Assembly (NCBI GenBank): GCA_041946805.1
Contig: JBHGBC010000031.1
Span: 1-44,187, forward strand
DNA length: 44,187 nt
Direction: 5' to 3'
DNA from: a bacterium
GTDB lineage: Bacteria; Hinthialibacterota; Hinthialibacteria; Hinthialibacterales; Hinthialibacteraceae
Shown: positions 39,148 through 44,187 of the stretch, in pieces
How positions within the stretch are numbered: the first letter of the stretch is position 1
Layout of the letters: each line of letters begins with the position of its first letter
The notes under the pieces: generated by a model
What the model was told of the DNA's origin: nothing
Seen by the model: the letters and a program-made list of their open reading frames with translations, nothing else
Database searches by the model: none
Made by a program: the position numbers and the translations under genes

Positions 39148-40470
39148 ATGAAACGGCATGAACTCACGCGGCGGGGCTTCATCCGGGCGTCGGCCGCCAC
39201 GGCGCTGCCCTTGATCATCCCCGCATCGGTCTTGGGAGACAACGCGCCCAGCCAGCGCATCACCATGGGATTCATCGGCACCGGCAACAACGGCACCGAT
39301 TGGATGCGGGATTTCATGAAGGACGAGCGCGTCCAGGTGGTGGCGGTCTGCGACGTCAACACGGAAGGCCCCGGGTATTGGGACGGCACGATCCGGGGAC
39401 GCGAACCGGCGCGCCGGATCGTGGAGGAATTCTACGGCGGAAGAAGTTGCGCGGCCTACGAGGATTTTCGTGATGTAATCGACCGGAAAGACATCGACGC
39501 GGTTTATATCGCTACCCCCGATCACTGGCACGCGATCATCGCCATCGCGGCGGCCAACGCCAAGAAGGACATCTTCTGCCAGAAGCCCTTGTCGCTGACC
39601 ATCGCCGAGGGGCGGGCCATGTCCAACGCGGTCAAGCGCAACAACGTCGTGTTTCAAACGGGCAGCCAGCAGCGGTCAGACGCGAATTTCCGCCGGGCGT
39701 GCGAACTGGTGCGCAACGGGCGGATCGGCCAGCTGCAAACCGTGCGCTGTGGTCTCCCGGGCGGCCGGCCGGACTTTGGTCATACGGCCAACCAGACGGA
39801 TCCCGCGCCGGTCCCGGAGGGATTCAATTACGACCGGTGGTTGGGTCCCGCGCCCTGGGATTACTATTGTCCGGCGCGGGTGGGCGTGAATTTCCGCTGG
39901 AACCTGAACTATTCCGGCGGGCAGCTCACCGACTGGGGCGGCCACCACCCGGACATCGCCCAATGGGGCATGAACACCGAATACACCGGCCCCATCGCGG
40001 TCAAGAACGCGAAGGGTGTCTTCCCCACCGATCACCCGGTGTACAACACGGCCACGGAGTATTATTTCGAATGTGTGTATGAAAACGGCGTCACGTTGAT
40101 TATCTCCAACAAGGAACGCGGCGGGGTGACATTCGAGGGCGCCGAAGGCTGGGTATGGGCGGACCGGGGCCGTCATGACGCCAGTTCGAAAGAGATCCTC
40201 GAATCCAAGATCGGGGAGAACGAGATCCATCTCTACAAGAGCGACGATCATATCCAGAATTTCATCGAATGCGTGTTTTCTCGCAAGGAGACCATTGCTC
40301 CCGTGGAGGTCGCGCATCGGTCCATCACTCTGGCGCACCTGGGGAACATCGCCATGATTCTGGGCCGGGACCTCCGGTGGGATCCGGAAAGGGAGAAGAT
40401 CCTCGACGATCCCGGCGCGAATTTCCTGTTGAACCGGGCCTACCGCGCGCCCTGGGTGTTGGAGACGTGA
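39148..40470 (+). CDS. Gfo/Idh/MocA family oxidoreductase (Tat signal)
   Basis: TRRGFI; GFIGTG; ATPDHWH; CQKPL; QTGSQQRS; DWGGHH.D. Confidence 0.93.
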   Translation: MKRHELTRRGFIRASAATALPLIIPASVLGDNAPSQRITMGFIGTGNNGTDWMRDFMKDERVQVVAVCDVNTEGPGYWDGTIRGREPARRIVEEFYGGRSCAAYEDFRDVIDRKDIDAVYIATPDHWHAIIAIAAANAKKDIFCQKPLSLTIAEGRAMSNAVKRNNVVFQTGSQQRSDANFRRACELVRNGRIGQLQTVRCGLPGGRPDFGHTANQTDPAPVPEGFNYDRWLGPAPWDYYCPARVGVNFRWNLNYSGGQLTDWGGHHPDIAQWGMNTEYTGPIAVKNAKGVFPTDHPVYNTATEYYFECVYENGVTLIISNKERGGVTFEGAEGWVWADRGRHDASSKEILESKIGENEIHLYKSDDHIQNFIECVFSRKETIAPVEVAHRSITLAHLGNIAMILGRDLRWDPEREKILDDPGANFLLNRAYRAPWVLET

Positions 40471-40499
40471 GACTATGCAGAAAGAGCGGAAAAGTTTCC

Positions 40500-40650
40500 C
40501 GGACAGACGCCAAGGTCTGCCCTGACGAATTTCCCTCACCCTAATCCTTTCCCAGAGGGAGAGGGAATTTGAAGAGTGGTTCGCCTCGATCAACTAGAAG
40601 AGATATCAACAAGCCATCTGGAAAAAAAGTACGCACTTGCCGGATGAGCC
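40500..40650 (+). mobile_element. MITE subfamily B lacking its left TIR
   Basis: GGACAGACGCCAAGGTCTGCCC module, hairpin, right arm, GTACGCACTTGCCGGATGAGCC. Confidence 0.75.
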
Positions 40651-40733
40651 TAAAAAATCAACTGAACCTTGGAATCCAGGCATCTTATTCACTAGAATCA
40701 GGCAACACATTCATTAGGCAGGAGGAACATCTG

Positions 40734-41891
40734 ATGATAACAAGATTTCAGGCCATGGCGGCCGGCCTCGCGCTGGCCTTGCTGATGCTGGGCGCGGGAA
40801 TCGGAACCGGGGCGGAGTTCAACGGCCTCAACATGAACATGGGGAACCTCTTCCGGCTCTCGGACGCCAAGACCCGGTCGATCAGCCCGGAGAACTTCAC
40901 GGGCGAAAAGGGCAAGGGCGGGATGGCCACGGAGGGCACCGGCCAAAACGCGTCGCGGGATCTGGGTCAGGGGTGGAAGGTTTCACCCTCGATCGACGTC
41001 AAGAAGAACTCCACCTTCACGCTGGCGGAGATCGAGGGTCCGGGCGCGATCCAGCATATCTGGCTGACGCCCACGGGCAACCTGCGCTATTCGATCCTGC
41101 GGATGTATTGGGATGAGGAAGAAAATCCTTCGGTCGAATGTCCCATCGGCGATTTCTTCGCCTGCGGCTGGGGGCAATACGCGCAGATCAATTCGCTGGC
41201 GGTGTGCGTCAATCCGGGCAGCGCGTTCAACTGCTACTGGGTGATGCCGTTCCGGAAACAATGCAAGATCACCTTGGAAAACCTCGATGAAAACGACATG
41301 CGCCTGTATTACCAGATCGATTACACGCGGACCGAAGTCCCCGAGGACGCCGCGTATTTTCACGCCCAGTTCCGGCGGGTCAATCCCCTGCCCTACAAGG
41401 AGGTCTATACCATCCTGGACGGCGTCCAAGGCCAGGGGCACTACGTCGGGACTTACATGTGCTGGGGCGTGAACAACAACGGCTGGTGGGGCGAGGGCGA
41501 GATCAAGTTTTTCATGGACGGCGACACCGATTTCCCCACCATCTGCGGCACGGGAACGGAAGACTATTTCTGTGGCTCGTATAATTTCGAGAACAAGGTG
41601 GAGGGGAAATACCAGGAATTTTCCACGCCCTATACCGGCCTGGCGCAGGTCATCCGGCCCGATGGCGTGTACAAATCGCAACAGCGTTTCGGATTGTACC
41701 GGTGGCACATCATGGATCCCATCCGCTTCCAGGAAGATCTGCGGGTGACGATTCAGGCGCTGGGGTGGCGGTCCGGCGGGCGCTACCTGCCGCTGCAGGA
41801 TGATATCGCTTCGGTGGCGTACTGGTATCAGACCGAACCACACGCGCAATTCCCTACTCTGCCCAGCAAGGATTATTTGGAAATTCAGTAA
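40734..41891 (+). CDS. DUF2961 / glycoside hydrolase family 172 protein
   Basis: RSISPENFTGEKGKGG, GPGAIQHIWLT, P.GDFF, WWGEGEIKFF.DGD, GTGTEDYF, YRWHI.DPI; GGAGG RBS. Confidence 0.92.
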   Translation: MITRFQAMAAGLALALLMLGAGIGTGAEFNGLNMNMGNLFRLSDAKTRSISPENFTGEKGKGGMATEGTGQNASRDLGQGWKVSPSIDVKKNSTFTLAEIEGPGAIQHIWLTPTGNLRYSILRMYWDEEENPSVECPIGDFFACGWGQYAQINSLAVCVNPGSAFNCYWVMPFRKQCKITLENLDENDMRLYYQIDYTRTEVPEDAAYFHAQFRRVNPLPYKEVYTILDGVQGQGHYVGTYMCWGVNNNGWWGEGEIKFFMDGDTDFPTICGTGTEDYFCGSYNFENKVEGKYQEFSTPYTGLAQVIRPDGVYKSQQRFGLYRWHIMDPIRFQEDLRVTIQALGWRSGGRYLPLQDDIASVAYWYQTEPHAQFPTLPSKDYLEIQ

Positions 41892-41917
41892 GCCGGGATC
41901 AATGTCATGAAAATCAT

Positions 41918-42326
41918 GCAGGGGCACGCGGCAACGTGCCCCTGCTTTTTGGGTGACGCGGGTGGATTTCGTCTTTTCCCCCGCCGGTTACAATTTGCGG
42001 CTGTCCATCGGAATCCCCTCATTCCCCATTGGGAGGGCGAGGCTCCCGCCGAGCCGCGCAGTATCGATAAGCCTTCGCTTATCCGCGGCTCACCCGGAGG
42101 TTCGCCCTCCCAGACTCACGCTAGCCTCCTCCCAGAGGGAAAGGGAAGAGAGTGACACCCCGTTTCGAGAGTAGGGGTACGTTGCAACGTGCCCCTACAT
42201 GCGTCCGGGATTGGATCCAAACATACCGTAGGGTAAAACCTACGGCTATTCAACTGGATCCCCTTCGGGGATAGCATTCTCCAAACTATTGCCGGTTTTT
42301 AACTAACCCAGGGCTTCAGCCCGGGT
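41918..42326. repeat. Intergenic mosaic of REP-like palindromes between convergent genes
   Basis: GCAGGGGCACG..CGTGCCCCTGC (41918-41945, then T5), long hairpin 42031-42111, GTAGGGGTACGTTGCAACGTGCCCCTAC (42171-42198), CCGTAGG..CCTACGG, ATCCCCTTCGGGGAT, ACCCAGGGCTTCAGCCCGGGT. Confidence 0.8.
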
Positions 42327-42345
42327 GAAATCTCCGCGGGATCTC

Positions 42346-42744
42346 CTATTTTTTTTCCTCAAACCGGAGAGACGCCGAATTGACGCAGTAGCGCAAACCC
42401 GTGGGTGCGGGGCCGTCCTCGAAGACATGGCCTAGATGCGCGCCGCAGCGGCCGCACGTCACCTCGGTGCGGATCATTCCATGGCTGGTGTCGGTTGCGG
42501 TGGAGACCGCTTTTTCACTGACCGGCTGATAGAAGCTGGGCCAGCCGGTACCTGACTCATATTTCGTTTCCGACGGGAACAGATCCTGGCCGCAACAGAC
42601 ACAGCGGTACATTCCTTCCCGTTTTTCCTGATAATATTCACCCGTGAAGGCCGGTTCGGTTCCCTTTTGGCGGGTGATCCGGTATTGCCCGGCCGTCAAT
42701 TGTTTCCGCCATTCCTCATCCGTTTTCGTGATTTTTTCAGCCAT
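42346..42744 (-). CDS. msrB: Peptide-methionine (R)-S-oxide reductase
   Basis: [45 protein letters not shown]. Confidence 0.98.
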   Translation of the reverse strand: MAEKITKTDEEWRKQLTAGQYRITRQKGTEPAFTGEYYQEKREGMYRCVCCGQDLFPSETKYESGTGWPSFYQPVSEKAVSTATDTSHGMIRTEVTCGRCGAHLGHVFEDGPAPTGLRYCVNSASLRFEEKK

Positions 42745-42847
42745 GAGCGATCTTCCATTCCCATCCGTACGCGTTCTTGAAGATAATTCTCATAGTAAAA
42801 CGATACCGGAAATCGTCTCCTTTTCCAAATCCTTGTTCAGTGCGGGT

Positions 42848-43255
42848 TTACGATGAGGCTGGAACAGGTGAAAATTGATCCGCCACCGCCTGCCACCGCC
42901 CGTCTTCCTTCACGAAAAAGAACATGTCCCGCCCCTGCGAATCGATGGTCCTCCCACCCATATCGAAGGACATGGCGTACTCGTACGCCACGACCGCCGC
43001 GCTGCCATATACGCGAATGACCGGATTCTTTTCCTCCCAATGATGGATTTGGGCCGCCTCCGCGAACGCCTTCCACCCGGCCACGCAGGCCGCCCCGCTC
43101 TCCAGCCGGTTCCGTTCCCCAGGGATAATCGCGATCATGCCGCGGTGGAAATAGTGGACCAGATCATCTGGATTCCCGCGGATCCACGCGTCGTTCATCG
43201 CGCGCAGGGTGGTCCAGATTTCTTGTTGGATGGGATCGGCAAACGTGGCGCTCAT
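42848..43255 (-). CDS. NTF2-like / DUF4440 (SnoaL-like) protein
   Basis: NDAW..G, IRVYG.AAVV.Y, GRD.FFFVKEDGRW; AAGGAAGG RBS. Confidence 0.85.
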   Translation of the reverse strand: MSATFADPIQQEIWTTLRAMNDAWIRGNPDDLVHYFHRGMIAIIPGERNRLESGAACVAGWKAFAEAAQIHHWEEKNPVIRVYGSAAVVAYEYAMSFDMGGRTIDSQGRDMFFFVKEDGRWQAVADQFSPVPASS

Positions 43256-43282
43256 GCGACGCCTTCCTTTCTCCTCTTTTAT

Positions 43283-43490
43283 GGATCATCCGGCAATTGC
43301 GTACTTTTTTCAGATCGCCGTATCGCATCTCTTTGAAAGAATCGATGAAAACCACCCCCAAATTCCCTCTCCCTCTGGGAGAGGGCCAGGGTGAGGGTAT
43401 TTTGGTTGGGGCGGACCTTGGTGTCCGCCCTCATCCCGGAGTGAATGGAATCGATTTTACCTCATGATGCACGCACTGGCCGGATGAACC
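43283..43490 (-). mobile_element. Complete MITE subfamily B (208 bp) with perfect 8-bp TSD
   Basis: TIRs GGATCATCCGGCAATTGCGTAC / GCACGCACTGGCCGGATGAACC; TCTTTTAT at both 43275-43282 and 43491-43498. Confidence 0.92.
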
Positions 43491-43523
43491 TCTTTTATGA
43501 TTCATAAGGCTTATTCATGAATT

Positions 43524-43961
43524 TCATTGTTGCTTCAATTCTTCCACATATTGATACAGCCGCTGCAGCGCATCCGCAGCCAGTTCGTCGCGAATGGCGG
43601 GTGTCAGCCGCGGAAACGCGCAGGCTTCCAGATCGGTGATGGCCTCATCGAGAGGCCCGGCCGGCTCCTGGATTCCGCTATCGAACCGCTGCAGATGCCG
43701 CAATTCATGCGCCAGCACCGCCCGCCAGCGCATGGATGAATTGGGATCCGTCCCCTTCCCCGGGTTGATATCGCCACCCACGCGAATTATTCCTTCCGCC
43801 TCGTCCAACCGGCACCGGCTGCCGGGGGACCGGTCGATCACCAGCCGCGCCGGATCGCCGCCCATCTCCCTCCACCAACCCTCGATTTTCGCTACCTGCG
43901 CATCCGGAATGGGCTCGTACGCCCGGTTTCCCGTAAGCGCGCCTGGAATCGGAACGCGCAT
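43524..43961 (-). CDS. Small HExxH (zincin-like) protein, toxin-domain-like
   Basis: AVLAHELRH..., downstream DEA; start 43961 (AAAGG upstream) or 43982. Confidence 0.7.
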   Translation of the reverse strand: MRVPIPGALTGNRAYEPIPDAQVAKIEGWWREMGGDPARLVIDRSPGSRCRLDEAEGIIRVGGDINPGKGTDPNSSMRWRAVLAHELRHLQRFDSGIQEPAGPLDEAITDLEACAFPRLTPAIRDELAADALQRLYQYVEELKQQ

Positions 43962-43986
43962 GATCAAACCTTTCTGGAACATTTAA

Positions 43987-44187
43987 GGTTCATCCGGCAA
44001 GTGCGTACCTCCTACGCTCTTGGCCCAGGATTAAAACCCTGGGCTGCTGTAAAGCCGTCCCCTGAAGGGGACTCCCATAAAGTCGAGACGCCAACCAATT
44101 TCAGAGAGGCCCAGCGGAGCGAGGGGGCTTTCCCATATCCAATCCGCCCGCCCAGAGAGAGGGACTTGGGGGCTGTTCTCTCCAGAC
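43987..44187 (+). mobile_element. MITE subfamily C, left part (cut by window end)
   Basis: Perfect TIR GGTTCATCCGGCAAGTGCGTAC at 43987-44008; interior homologous to 1-123. Confidence 0.85.

Noticed and set aside
226..43397. CRISPR array or integron attC array formed by the recurring ~33-bp hairpin
   Set aside because: Copies are dispersed, in both orientations and irregularly spaced; no cas or intI gene, and no RYYYAAC/GTTRRRY box pattern recognised

Overview
GC-rich bacterial chromosomal segment with about 34 CDSs. It is dominated by exported or Tat-type carbohydrate and small-molecule enzymes (DUF1080, three Gfo/Idh/MocA oxidoreductases, ThuA-like, DUF2961/GH172, ceramidase-like, beta-helix, CehA/McbA, two SGNH proteins). 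It also carries aroC, msrB, a thiS-like gene, a JAB/MPN protease, an SDR, CHAD and GNAT proteins, a TadG-like gene and a pseudopilin. I recognised no rRNA, tRNA, CRISPR array or transposase. The most striking unannotated structure is a dense family of non-autonomous MITEs, about 11 full or partial copies. They share ~22-bp terminal inverted repeats (GGTTCATCCGGCAAGTGCGTAC), and three copies keep 8-bp AT-rich target duplications. Three subfamilies have different interiors, and all carry a CCCTCACCC..CCCTCTCCC..GGGAGAGGG hairpin ~82 nt from the right end. The MITEs sit among several other REP-like hairpin families. Other highlights are a translationally coupled Schlafen/AlbA_2-HATPase plus orphan ParA pair (candidate defence module), a ThiS with a 38-aa extension after its Gly-Gly motif, an orphan repeat-truncated HicB, a stand-alone HExxH toxin-like gene between two MITEs, and a candidate sRNA. 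All family calls are from motif recognition by eye; no searches were run.
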